From NCBI RefSeq assembly GCF_006345805.1, contig NC_042998.1:177382001-177446000 (forward strand): a stretch of 64,000 nt of DNA, read 5' to 3'. How positions within the stretch are numbered: position 1 is the stretch's first letter; every line of letters starts with the position of its first letter. Source of the DNA: Octopus sinensis (Eukaryota). Under the pieces are notes generated by a model that was not told the DNA's origin, ran no database searches, and was given only the letters and a program-made list of their open reading frames with translations. Both the position numbers and the translations under genes were made by a program. Shown one piece after another: positions 34,768-48,700 of this stretch.

Positions 34768-37700
34768 TAGACAACAGAACTTGATGCAGTCCTGTGACAG
34801 CATGAAAAGCAGATGTTAAATGATGATTATGATTAACACAATCCATAAAAATCAAAATACAATTAATGAATGTCCCTTATAGGGTAATTTGTTTCTCTTT
34901 GATCATAACAACAAGAAAGATGAAAGTTTAGGTTGTTTCTAATAGAACTAAGGTTATAGAATTATCAAATCCTTAGTCTTATTCACCTATAGTGAGTAAA
35001 ACTTGAAAATATATCTACAAGATTAATCTTATACTTTTAAATGACAGTATACATGTCTGTTTATAGTCTTATTTAATGGCTCAAACACAAAGATATTAGA
35101 TAAAGAAGTTATAAACTCACACCATTACATTTTCACTTACATGGTAAAAAAAAATCAAAGTCCATTTCACTGTAACTTGTAGCTCTTATACTATTGACTT
35201 CTTGTTCTTAAATATTTTTCACATCGGAAAAACTGCATCAAAATGTTTTGGTTTATTTTTCATTTTTTTTTTTTTTTTAAGAATCAGAAAATACTTCAGA
35301 CTTCAACATTTACTAGTACAAATATGCACTACACTTAAATACTTCTTACATATAATGGTGCTCTTGCCAGCATTAGGAAGGATATACACAAAAAGTGACC
35401 ACCTGATAGGTAAGATCATATTAAATGATATCCAACTATTTTTAGACCACTATGGAGTTAGTAGTCACTTTCTTTTGTAATGGCCTCTATCATTCTAAAA
35501 CTGTTGACAGGCACATTTGTATGGTTTAGAAGCTCACTTTTCCATTAAATGGTTCTAGGTTCAGTCCAACAGCACAGAAACAAGTAAAAGATAAAAGAAA
35601 CTAGAAGTATTGAGAAGCAAAGTCAGTTTTATATCATAAAAAATTTTGTGAGAGCCTCACTTGATCTGCAGAAACAGCAGCCACAGACTGCTTAAATGAC
35701 AAGATGGTCGTGATTAATGCTTTTGCCCAAAATTCTACATAATCAGAGATCACCCGGTACTAAATAATAAATTTGGTTAGAAAGCAATTTCCAAAAATCT
35801 GACAAGAATTCATTCACCTGACCTCACTCATTCTACAATGTCACTAATAAAAAACAATTTTGAAAAGACAAATTTCTATTATAAACTAAAAAGTTATCTA
35901 GCTCATCCAATCTGGATAAGAATGTGATTTCTAAAAACCCATCAATGAAGAAATATTTCCAAGCCAACTATAATTACAAGTTACTATTCATACACAAACC
36001 TCTCATCACATCACTTGGCACAAAGCTACCTCCCTCAATACTCTTCCCCATCTCCCATTCAGTTGAGGAATGTTGTTTTACAGGTTACCTGGTGACCTTA
36101 CTGCTGCTGAGGCCAAGTAAAAAGTACTCAGTACTCTCTGTAAAGTGGTTGGCATCAGGAAGGGTATCCAGCCATATAAATCATGCCAAAGTAGACAGTA
36201 GAGTCTGGTACAGTCTTCTGATTTGAAAAGATGATGATGATATATTACAAACACACACATACATATAAATACATATATACACACACACAATGAGCTTCTA
36301 TCAGATTCAGTCTACCAAATTCACTCATAACGTTTTGGCTAGTCCAGAGCTATCAAGAAGACAGTTGCCCAGGGTACCACACAGTGGGACTAAACACAAA
36401 ACTGCATGGCTGGGAAACAAATTTTTTAATCACACAATCCTGTATATGATTTATTGTTGCTATGTCTTACATCTATACTTTCTAGAGATTTATGAAAGAG
36501 AAAAACCAAAATTTCACATTCAAAAGGGTACATAAAATTATTTCACTGGGAAATTCAAAATGAATGTAGTCATTTTATTGTGGAAACACTACCACACCTT
36601 GGCCTGTACCACTCATATATTACCTGTATAGAAACACATTGCTCTGATAAGCTTCACACTGTGACCAGAAACTTAAGCTGAAAGGTAAACAATAGACAGA
36701 TAAGAAAATCAAGTGCATATGTGAAGCAGGAATTAATAGTTTTCTACATGGGGTGATTTACACTTGCAGCTAAATAACTCTAAGAAAAATACAATACAGA
36801 CACACAATTTAATAGTCCTACATAATACATTTAGTAACTATTTCACTAGAGTTTTAATTCAATAACCACTGTACACAGTTCATTTAGTAATCACTTCACT
36901 GTAGTCTTTCTTACATAGTACATTTAATCAGCACTTCATCATTGCATTACCCACTCTCTCCAATCCCCAATTCACTTCACAATATACGCCTCCTTGTAAC
37001 TTGGGGATATGGCCCCTTCCCTCTCCTCATTATATCTTCACTATCTTCTCTCTCTCTCTCTCTCTTCACCCAAGATAACCATGTTTCTCTTGTAATGCAA
37101 CACACCATTTTTCTGTCCCTCAATACGACTCCCACCAGTTGAAGGGTTTTGCCCTGCAAGTTACTTGGTGACCTCACTGCTACTGGTACCACAAAAACAG
37201 CACCCTGTACACTCTGAGTGGTTGGTATTAGAAAGGGCATCCAACTGTAGAAATCATGCCAAAGCAGACAGTAGACTTTGATGCAGTCTTCTGACTTACC
37301 AGTTTCTGTCAAACCATCCAATCCATGCCAGAATGGAAAATGGAAATTAATTGATGATAATGACGATGATTAAGTACATTAACTTACTTGACTATAGTTT
37401 AATCCAACAAATCTAACATAGCTGTAGTATTGGATATTCTATAATTGCCTTATATAATTATGTTAATTTACTGGCAGCAGAATTATGTAAGCTTATGATA
37501 GTCTTATACTGGCATCTGTTACAAAAGCTTGCCATAGTCAACAACAGCTTGCCTTAGCCAGTAACCTCTGGAATGTGAAAATTGTTGTAATGCATAATTT
37601 CAAAGAATTAATACTAAACTGTACACATCAGCATGGCCACAGCTCTGAGCTGAAACTAGAAAATAATAAAAAAAAATAAATAGATTACACTTAAATTGTG

Positions 37701-38344
37701 TATTACTTTGTTGACATGATGATATGTGAGGAAAGTAACAGATCATATGTGACAAATTTGCAAGCTTTTTGCAAATGGGCCCAAAAGGTAGAGCTTTCAT
37801 TCAACATTTAAAAATGTAAATTTAGAGTTACTGAGTCGCAATTTTAGAGAAGACAAGACCCACTATTTGGATCTATGGTGCCTAGAAATTCCAATGAATT
37901 TGAACATTTCATAGGGTAAATTGTAAATTATTCAAAAGGAGAAAAAAGTTTTGCTGATACTGCAGCACCCTTGTTTAACACTAAACAATATCAACCATTT
38001 TCTATTGTCAGTTGAATTTTTCATCAATTCATTTCACATTTGTTTTTCCATCCTAGCAAGGGTTAGCTGAATACATTATTGCTGGACATCATTTTAAGCT
38101 TGATGCCCTTTTTGCCACTAACCAACAGCTCACTTTCAAGTAAGGAAGTTTTCATTTCACTCATTTTCTATAGAAGAAGACACTTGCTGCCCAAGATGCT
38201 GCACAGCAGGACTGAACTGAAAATAAATATTAGTGCAAAGTAATTCCTTAACCACACGACCATATCTGTGCCTATTGTGTTAATGTAATTGAAAAACAGA
38301 GAGAGAGAGTATTACAGCAGTTTATTTGTTTGTTTTAACATTCG

Positions 38345-38950
38345 ATTCACTAGTTACTCTTGAAACAAAAACATCTGAATCACTGATAGCTATTCTATAG
38401 GAAAACTGACACCCAATAAAATTTCTGTTCATATAGATTGAAGGATACTGACAAGAAATGGCGTACAGTAGAGTTAGAAGCCCCTGTGACATAAACCTAT
38501 TAGCACAAAAATTCAAATTTGTTACAGATCAACAAACAAGAGCTTTCCAATTTGAGAGTTGGCTTATTTGCTATTAAAAAATACTAAACTGTATTGTTGG
38601 AAGACTACATCACAGAGTTCCCACATGAAATGCAATTTCATCCAGGAAGAGAGAATTTTGGTTGCAAATGCCTTAAGCAGACATTCTGCAATTGTTAAAG
38701 GGGACAAATTTATGTCAAACGGTGATAGAAAAAACAACGAAGAGATAGAACACTCTGGTTTAGACAGACAAATTGCTAACATGGAAAGATTCAATTGCAA
38801 CAGCTTATTAAAAACCACTTTACAGATATAATTAGATTTATAAAGGTCAAGGTTCATCAGGATTACAACTGGCCATTTATCAAGAATATCTTGGCAGTGA
38901 CAGTCATTTGATATTGTAGGACTTGAAAACATTACTAAAACGAGCACTTC
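38345..38950 (+). mobile_element. Ty3/Gypsy pol relic (RNase H region)
   Basis: Across frameshifts: VTLETKTSES..IAIL, HPIKF, LKDTDKKWRTVELEA, FKFVTDQ, EFPHEMQFHPGREN-LVANALSR (compare consensus TDAS...ADALSR). Confidence 0.7.
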
Positions 38951-39283
38951 TTACAATCAGATTGTATTTCATATTTAAGTGTCATTCAATGTGTTTCCTT
39001 ATTAATTCATTTTGTTTGCTAAACTAAGCTATTTTCATTAGAGGTGAAGCAATCAGTCAAAGAGCATTTAAGGCTAGGAGTTGCCATCCTTCATCAAATA
39101 AAATAGATAAAATAAGCAAAACAATAAAGAGATATGGAAATTGCTCAGTTATATCTAATGCAATGAAAGAAAACAGTTGAATTAAGAACACTAATGAATA
39201 ATGAAAGCCATCTAGGATTTACTCATGCAAATGTTTAACTTTATATGTACTACACTGGAAAGTCCAGATAATTTTATCCTTGA

Positions 39284-39482
39284 CCTTTTAGTCGTTAAAC
39301 TAGCCATATCTGGCCCAAATGTTCTGTTTTATGTTCAAACTAGCCAGATCCAACATCTCATACCTAACCTACAATGTCCACACTATTGAAATTTCAAAGC
39401 TACAAGATAATACATAATCAATTCAAAATAATATGAATAAATAAACAATACATTTGACAGAGTAATCTGAATGCTTAAGGAC
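39284..39482 (+). mobile_element. Degenerate copy of the TTAA MITE family
   Basis: Colinear with 15158-15377, ends eroded. Confidence 0.7.
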
Positions 39483-42400
39483 TGAAGAAAATACAACTCA
39501 TACAGCAATGCTGATAGCATAAGTTTGGATATATTAGATGAAGGGAACATATCAGATCATCACTCTACTATAATTGCAACAAATAATCCTAACAGACCAA
39601 GAACAAGAATAATGCCTGCCAATTAGAACAATAGTATGTTCTAAAGAGAAACTGTGACTACATTTTGTTATATTTTGTATTGTTAATTATGATAGTATTT
39701 TATTACTTGCAAAGTGATTAACTTTTTATTTTTCTCCCTTTTTTGGTTGTGCAGATAATGTGGTATTGGATATTCTACATTTATTCTATAATAATGCAGT
39801 ATACAAATACTGCATTGAGATCAAAAGACTCTTGTATTAGTCTATACTAGAATAGCCAGCCATTTATTGTAAAGGGAAAATACAATGACTTAATGAGTCA
39901 ACAATTACTAGAACACGAAATAGGTCTATGGATGGATACTGATGCCTTGAAATTAAAGTACCACAGTAGTATATTTGATCAGTGATTGACAACGGTTTAC
40001 TTTAGCAGTCAGACATTGTAACTATTACAATTAGTAACTATTTAACTGCAGTTTGTATTAACATTAGTTTTACATAGTACATTTACTGAATACTCATCGA
40101 GTCTAAATTAGCCACAGCCTTACAGAGAACATTTAGTAACTACTCAATGTAGTTTAAATTAACAACAGTTCTACATAGTACATTTAGTAACTACATCAAT
40201 GTAGTATTTTTAGTATACTGTTGTCAACTGGACTTCATTTACCCTATCCTTGAGTCTGCTTCCATTACCACAGGTTCTTTCTACTTCCTTCTCACTCCTA
40301 CTTTTTCTCTCCCCTTCAACCATTCTGCCCTCTCTTTCATCAATATTTAGCAATAACATACATCTGTTTAATTTTCAACATTCTCTCTCTACTGTCTTTG
40401 ATAATTTGCTTTTATCCATAGTCTTGCAAATGTAAACAACACAGAATTACTTCAGGAAAATCAAGACAAGTAAATCTGAAGTGAAAACAACTTGTGTAGA
40501 AACCCTAGTCACACTGAATTGCAAAATACTAGTACAGGACAGAGAGGGATCGGAGTCCACTAAGACAACTTCTCTACTGCCAATGTCATGATAAAACACT
40601 GTAGTCTCCTGTCTGTAAATAATTAAATATCTTCATGATCTGCAGATGATTATCATCACTATGGTCTCCTGTCTGCAGATAACTAAATATCTTCTGTGTT
40701 AGTTAGAAAATAAAGGTAGAACTGATTTTACAGCAGTAACCTACCAACAGATATGATAGGAACTAATCCCCTAAGTAATACTTCAGGAGACTGCCCTATC
40801 TTGCTGGTAGACCCTCAAGAATCTACAAACTTCCAGTCAGAATACTAACAGGGATCAAAATAGTAGAATAGCAGCAGCTCAGGAGTCATAGTTCCCACTC
40901 CATACATACAAACTAGACTCAGAGTTTGGGCAAAGATCATAAACACTGCCCTTTTGCCTTTATGAAAGCAAAAAAAGAAACAAATTTAAAATCCAGTCAC
41001 ACGTTACCTCACCATTTACACAATAGGTCTTTTAACAAAACACTTTTATATACAATATTTCTGACCATTACACTTCCTTTATATCCATTACTGTGCACAT
41101 ATAGTCATAACAATCATGATTTAAACTCCAAGTAAACAAGAGAACTAATACAACTTTTAATTAATTAGGTGCAATAGTGGAACTTAAAAACAAGTCTTAT
41201 AACAACATGTCACCTAAGAACAAGTCTATTTTGTTGAGATAGCTTCTTTAAAGATGATGTCAAATGAAAGCTATTTGTGTGAGTGATAAAACCCTGATAA
41301 TTATTTTCACTTGAACTTTGTTCTTCTGAATATGCTAGCAGTGTTCAAACCACTCTTGAATATACTCCAAAACTCTTATATTTCTGTCATTATCAATCTC
41401 CTCTTGTCTTTTTTTTTTTTTTAAAAGTTTCATACTAAACCTTACCTTCAGTCTTTCATGCCAAGCAAATCTCTTTGTAGAAATTTCTTTTTTTTTTTCA
41501 CTTTCTATTCCAGCTTGTAAAGCTTTGCACAAACTACACCAACATCACTCATGCAGTCTCACCTCTTCATGCTCCGACTGCCCTCCAAAATGAACTAAGA
41601 GAAAAATACCCCTCCTCTGCAACCTTGCAAGTAGCAATAAAATCAGATAAAATAGAGAATGTGCAATACTCTCTCCCACTTGACACATTAATCAATATAA
41701 GCATCCATATGATATAAGTAAAGGAGAAGGTTGATTTTGAATCTATAATTAGAATTTCCATTGTTTGTAGTGAAATGAAATACAATGTCTTATTAATTAA
41801 TTACACACACTCTGCTATTTACATTACCTACCTCTGGAATTCTGGCATGTACTCAAGATACTGAAAATTGCAGATGGCTGAGACATTAAGATACTAGAGG
41901 TCTAGACTAAGGACCATTTGTTCCTATTATAGGTGTGGTACTGTGTTTCTATAAAAGATAATTGACTTAGCTTATCCTGAAAAAAATACCATTAAAGCGA
42001 TATGACTTACTGCCATAAGCAGTAGAAGCATAATATAATTAAAAAGTGTTTTGTTACATTGTGTTCATATAAAACTCATTCACACACCTGCATATTCATA
42101 CATACACACAGATGCAATTTTTTAAAATAGTTAGTGGTTATAAGTAATTATATTGATACAATTATATTATTAGTACTTTTTTGAGTATCAGTGGAGTGAG
42201 AAGTAGACAAAGGTAAGAAGAACATCTAGCCCTAAAAATATTTTCACTCAATTCAATGAAGGGGCCTCTAGAGGCTGTTGAAATTGCAAGAAATAGCAGT
42301 CAAATTTCTCTCATATTACACTCTACTATTTTGAAAACAGAGACACACTAGATAATGTAGCGCTCAATATGCAATGTCTTAGAGAAGAACAGAATGGTGA

Positions 42401-42624
42401 GAGCTGAAATGTCTTTGATCAGAAGTTTGTAGATAAGGGTTGACCTTGGACTAAACAACAACAGTTACACAAACAGTAAATTTAAGGTCCAAATTTTCTG
42501 AGACTATCGCTGAGTCTATTAAGAAAAGAAAGTGAAAGCATAGTGGTAAAAATCAAATAATCAATCATCTTCTCAAAACTATAATCACCAAAAATTTTAA
42601 TTACTAATACTATACATCAAATTA

Positions 42625-43010
42625 AACATGGTTGTGTAATTAAGAAGCTTGCTTTGCAACCATGTGATTTTGGGTTCAGTTCCATTGTGTGACACTCTGA
42701 GCACTCTGTCTTTTAGTAAGCCCCAGGCTTACAATACTTCATGAGAGAATTTGGTAGATGGAAATTGTGTGGAAGCCCATCATTTATACCCATATGTGTT
42801 GAGTGGCTTGCTTTGTCCCCCATCACACCACTTGGAAATTGGTGTTGGTTTGTCTACAAACTTGTATCTTGGCAGTTCAGCAAAAGAGACCAGTAGAATA
42901 AGATTCAGGCTTAAAAATAAGAAGTGGGGTTGATTTGTTGGGCTAAATACTTCAAGGTGGTACCCAAACATGGCTGCAGTTCAGTGATCAAAACAAGTAA
43001 AAGATAAAAG
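42625..43010 (+). mobile_element. Old SINE family A copy
   Basis: Diverged head, CORE-like body and tail in the expected order. Confidence 0.75.
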
Positions 43011-43639
43011 ACAATACAAAAAAAAAGACAAGACAGTCAACCAATATTGCTGCCTCTCTGGAATTAAATTTGATAATATGAATAAAGTAAATGAGGTCAA
43101 TAATATGACCCTCATCCACAACCAATCCTCCTCCCCCACCACCAACTACCAAAAGTTGCATTCAAAACATATATTGTGCAAGACACTACTCACATGTTAC
43201 TGTCTTCAATTATATTGAAACTTTCACCAACTTTGTCTTCTACAGTGGACAATACAGGGTGATCAAAATACTGAAATAGAAACAATTTAGTTAATCACTT
43301 GCTGCAGAAAACTGCCTTCTATTTTTAATTATAAGAAATACAGTGACATGCAAACATATATAGCAAACTATCGCTGTTTGTAGTTGAAAATATGATGATA
43401 TAATTCACATGTAAAACATGCATGCACAATAGTTCTCTTAAAATTAATACATACTTAACAAAAAAGAAAGTAACACTGTTTTGAATTTCAAATTATGCTG
43501 AAAATTAGAAGCAAAACAATTTATTAGAGACTAATAAATAACATTTATAATTGTAAGTTGAAATATGTCATGAACATATTTTGACTAACCTAAATTTTGC
43601 ATATTCATGATTACTGCTTGGCACTGATACTTGACACTG

Positions 43640-44130
43640 AATGTCTCCCGACCGGGTGGTCCAACATTGCAACTCAGCCAATGGTTTTGACTGTGCTTTA
43701 GTTAAAGCACATGGTTTTAAATCTGCTCAGAGTTACCTCTCTTCGGTATTTCCCATTGAAAAAGGCTAAAGAGCCAGAGACGCTACATCTGAGAATGATC
43801 ATGTAACATCCTATGTTAAACCCCTTATTCATTTCTATGCAAATGACATCATCCTACATTCTTTCTGTTTTGCCCTTGTATTTCACTTTTATGAACTCGT
43901 AATGGTTCCTTCAAGTCTTGCATGGTCAAAATTGACAAAGACTTAATTACAAAAAATTACAACTGAAGTTCAACAGCTTAATCTCAATTAACAGCACCAA
44001 AGCAGACAGTACATATCCTTGGTAAATGTGCACAAAACACCTTCACTACTTGTGATCAACACCCAGCTAAAAACATCACCACAATTAACATTCATTTTAA
44101 CTTTGATATCATCTCTTAGTAATGGGACAA
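43640..44130 (+). mobile_element. Highly decayed CR1/Jockey-like RT relic
   Basis: Fragments ELPLFGIS (KLPSFG-like) and PLIHFYANDIILHS (YADD-like). Confidence 0.5.
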
Positions 44131-44770
44131 ACACACACATACACATCATCATTATCAGTTAATATCTGTTTTCCATGCTGACATGGGTTGGAAGGTTCAA
44201 CAAGAGATCAAGCTGCAATGTCTGTTTTGGCATGATTTCTACAGCTGGATGCCTTTCCTAACACCAACCACTTTACAGAGTGTACAGGTGTTAGGTAGAG
44301 TATCAAGCTGTATGAGTGTGTGAGGTATAAGGAAACAGAAAGTAGAGTAACAGGTGGAGAGGACAGGAGTACAAAGTTAGTGAGTTTATTGGAACAGAAG
44401 CAATTTTAAAGAGACTGAACAAAGGTTAAGTAATATTATGCCTATTAATCAGAGACCATTTGAAAATAGATGGAACTGCTCGTAGTTTTGAAAAGAGAGA
44501 AAGGATGTAGAAGACAATATACTTCAAGTGATGAAACAATATCTACAAAGCACATGAGGACATCTCTTTACAATGGGTTGAAGATCAATGAGAAGAGACT
44601 AATTCATGAACTGAGAGAGAAATGCTTTATGGTATAACCAACAAATTCAGTTCCAAATTCAATATCAATGTGCTGCAAAACTTTGAGCTGGAGCCTTCTT
44701 TTGCCACATCAAGCTGATCGATGGTTTGTAAGTGAAATTTGGTTGGATTGATTGACCATCTAACTCACTC

Positions 44771-44827
<57 letters not shown>

Positions 44828-44854
44828 CACATATATGCATACATACATACACAC

Positions 44855-45170
44855 GGTGGTTGTCAACTCCTTATGCAAAGTCTGAACACCTCTTGTACCT
44901 ACACCTTAGATTTATCATGGCATCTGATGTGGCTTTTTAAACAAGGCAATGTATTGAAAATACACCCACATAGATTGCATATCCAATCTGGACCACCAAG
45001 AGCAGCAGTTAAGTTCTGATCTTTGTGTATCTTAAAATGTCTTTCAAAGCCTCCATCAGAATTGCAGACTTTATGGCATACACAACATTGAAAGGTGTGT
45101 ACAAATATATAGGCAAAATAGTTGGTGGAGGTTCGTTTTTCATGGGCCTCAAATGAGATTTGAGCCCAGA
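44855..45170 (-). mobile_element. LINE 3' end encoding tandem C2H2 zinc fingers
   Basis: FQCCVCHKVCNSDGGFERHFKIH and WICNLCGCIFNTLPCLKSHIRCH are both C-x2-C-x12-H-x3-H. A GLKSHL remnant lies upstream. Stop at 44899-44901, then a ~45-nt UTR running into a microsatellite. Confidence 0.7.
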
Positions 45171-45189
45171 AAAAAAAAGCATTTTTTGT

Positions 45190-45790
45190 GCTCTTTGCCT
45201 GCTTCTTGATCTTGTTCCCTCTACTCTTCTTTCTATGATAATATTTTCCAGAACGCTGCTTCTTCAGATATAGCTATAATAGATAAGCTTTTTCTTTTCT
45301 TTTTTTTTTTTCACAATGTTCAGGGGTTGTCTTTCACCTACTTGTAATATCCATTCATTTGTCCAATGGTTCTTGTAAGAGACTCGTAATATTCTCCTAT
45401 ACACCCACATTTCAAATGACATTTCAAATGAAGTGATTATGCTCTCTTCAAATTTGTTCAGAGTCCATGCTTCACAACCATAAATTCCTATCAGCCGAAT
45501 GAGCACTCACACTAGCCTTGTTTTTAACTTAGTCAAGACACTTTTGTTGGTCCAGATGTTATTAAGCTTTTCCATAGACGTTCTTGCCATGTCCTGGTTT
45601 CTTTCTTACATTTGCTTTCATCAAAGATTTGGGTTGCAAGATATTTGTACAATTCAACTTGTTTGGTTCGCACACAGCCCAGTTTGATGTTATTGTTCAC
45701 TTTCTCTTTTCCTACCACCATGACTTTTGTTTTGAAGTAAGTACATAAATACTGGAGTTGACATAGTTCCTTGAAAGTGGTGCCTCAGCA
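45190..45790 (-). mobile_element. Old RTE (BovB-like) RT C-terminal relic
   Basis: IYGCEAWTL, FEMWVYRRILRVSY, IIERRVEGTRSRSRQR. Confidence 0.8.
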
Positions 45791-48700
45791 TATTCACAGT
45801 TCATTGACAGGAACCAGTAAAAGAATAATGAAAGAAACATTAGACCAAATCTGCAAGACAAGACAAAACTGACCAACAACTACTAAAATACTGACTACCC
45901 CAAATCATAAATGTAATCAAAAGAGAGACCATTTCTATTAGATTCCTACACAATTTTTTTTTCTCTCTTTTAGAAAGACATTAAGAATATGAACAGTTAA
46001 TTAGATAATATAAAAAAATAAAATAAAGAAATTCTAAAACAGCTGGCTGTCAGAATGAAAAAATTTTGTTAAGTCCAGTTCAGAAAAAAAAAAGAATCTT
46101 TGTTACATGTAGTAATTGTATAATACTTATATACTGATCAAAATTATCAAATTAGTACATAATGAATAGGTCAGACAAAACAAGTAGTTTTGACTTGAAT
46201 TGTATCAAGTAATCCAGCTGTTGCCTCTAATACTTCAAGATACTTATACAGTGTAACACAAAATTTGAATTTATTTACATAGTGTCTAGTAGCTGAGATG
46301 TTCTTTCAAACACCAGATTTAGTCATTATAATGAAAGTGAATATATTGTGGCACCAGAACATGAGGTGTTACTCCTCTCTACACTTAAGGCAATTTGTTT
46401 TCATTAGAGCCGTGTTTCAGTGTATATTGCTTTTATTGTGGTGTGAGAAATTAAATTTCTTATACTTTCATAGTTTAGTTTTCAGGATTGTCTTAATTAA
46501 GTTACATTAGGAACTTATGCATCTACATACATAGCTATGCTATGATATAGAAAAATTTACCAAATCTGAATTCTGTACAAAGATTACAGAGACTACTAAA
46601 TTTAATGCAGTGAACTAAATAATTATTTTTAGTGAATTGAAATTGTGACTCTAATGAGACAAAACTCATCAATATTAATGAATATTTATTCTCAGAAAGG
46701 GCAGAGGAGTGAACTCCTGAATTTTCAATCAACCAAATAATTCATCAGCAATATGCAATTGTGGGGAAGTGAGTTTGACTTTTGGTAGCTCCAGTGACCA
46801 CTCAAGTCATATTTTGGTTCACATTTTACCTCCTAAGCAAAAGGTAACCCCCTCAATAGATTTTCTGAAGTGCATTAATTTATTAGGCGAATTAAATTAA
46901 TTAAAAAGTATTTTTGCTTCACCACTTCAAGAATGGTAACCTGCACATAGTTGTCACCCTTGAGGAATTTTCCAAAGTGAATCACTTCATTTGCCTAACA
47001 AGTGAATGTTGTTCTCACAAAATGCTGATTCTACTAGCTACATTAAGATCTTGGTAACCATTCTGTAAGATACACTTTGCTGAAGAGGCCCAATAAAGCT
47101 AAACATGTTCAGATGTGTTACCATCACTACCAGAAATCACACTGCACACCTTTTAACTCTTGGCTGATAAAAAATTTGAGAGTTCTCTCCTCTACCCCTT
47201 ATCAAATTAAATTTTTATTAACACAAATTATTTATTTTCAATTTCTCATAAGGTTTATAGTTTGAATTGATTAAAAGCTATTTTTGGTTCACCTCACCTG
47301 CCTTGAGTACAGTATCCTGCACTTACCTAGCTATGTTATTGTATGTTTTCATTCATAACCTATCAAGCCATTCTTGTTTGATACAAAAGCATGACGAGAG
47401 GGGAAGATATTTTAAATGAACATGGAGTTGTTTTCCTTTATGTGGCAGTGAAGTGATGAAGGGGGAAAATGAATTCTTTCATAACAAGAATTATATTACC
47501 AATTTAGATATTTTACACAGTAAGTTAGCAACAAACAGTCTTAACTGCATTCAAATAAGCCATTCCTCTGATTAACAAGAATTCACTCACATTGCAAGCA
47601 TAAGCTCATTAGCAGCATACCCCTTTCACATATACCCATTCCACACACCAATCTGTCCTACATCCCTATCATGTCTCATCACCCAAATTCTGCAATGAAT
47701 ACTTCTCCCACTCCTGCCCCTCCTCAAAGAACAGTCAGCCTCTGTAACTTTCTCTCCGCTCATAAATCTCAACAGTTAGGAGGGTCTGGACACTATCTCT
47801 CCTCCTCTGATAAAAAAAATATATATAAAGAAACATGTAAAAACTTCATAATACTCAAATATTTGCATAGCTAGATCACAGCCTCATCAATCATAGCCAA
47901 CGTCAGATCTTATTAACATCAGCTTCAAAAACAAAACAGCAACAAAAAAAACAAAAAACAACTACAAATGAATACATAAGCAACCACTTGTGTGTATCAT
48001 GAACACAACCTCTTTAATGCAGCCATTTATAAACTTGCTGTTCTCAGTCCAAATATATCCAAAATATCATTCCTTCTTTAGTAACCATCAGTGGAAATTA
48101 GTGAAATCCAGATTCTTTAATGACTTGCACCAGTAATTTCTTGCCCTTGAGAGTCTGACAACATTACATTGTTACTGTGAACATCTGTATAGTTTTTCAT
48201 AGAGTTTCGCATCGAGAAATCTTGGCTTAAATCCCTACCTATTGATTATATGTTTGACCTAACAACTGGAAATTTTTGTTTTCTCATGAGGTGCTCCAAT
48301 GCAGCAGTCATGTAGAGTACTTTCTGTCTGCAACACCACTGACTTATACATTCTCTAAGAAGCTGTCATCTCCCCTACCAATTGCATCGATAACCTCCTT
48401 TCTAATATGTCTTATCACGTACTCTTGATAATACCACTTTACTTTAGTTTTTCATTTTGTAATCACAATATTTACAATCTTGGCTCCTGCCAATTAGTTT
48501 GCACACTTCTATCAGTAACAAAAAATCAATGAGGGAACCTCAATGTGGCTGCTTGATCTGCTAGAAATAGTAGTCAAATTTCCTGCAAATCATACCCTAG
48601 CATCTTAAAGATGGAAAGACCACATTATATAATGCAGTACAAAGTATACAGCTCTAAATAAAAGACAAGGAGATCACAGCTGGGGACAAGCAACAATGAC

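Noticed and set aside
38564-38947. 127-aa minus-strand ORF as a host gene
   Set aside because: It is antisense to the Gypsy RNase H relic.
39725-39840. Plus-strand exon after a strong polypyrimidine tract
   Set aside because: It is an isolated acceptor with a short frame, no homology and no partner exons.
40447-41625. Small AG/GT-bounded segments (LQRRGIFLLVHFGGQSEHEE; RFAWHERLK; FTCLDFPE)
   Set aside because: The phases do not chain unambiguously, and such sites are expected by chance.
43615-43790. Two apparent minus-strand exons (CSVSGSLAFFNGKYRRE; HSQNHWLSCNVGPPGRETFSV)
   Set aside because: They overlap a decayed plus-strand LINE RT relic and have no recognisable homology.
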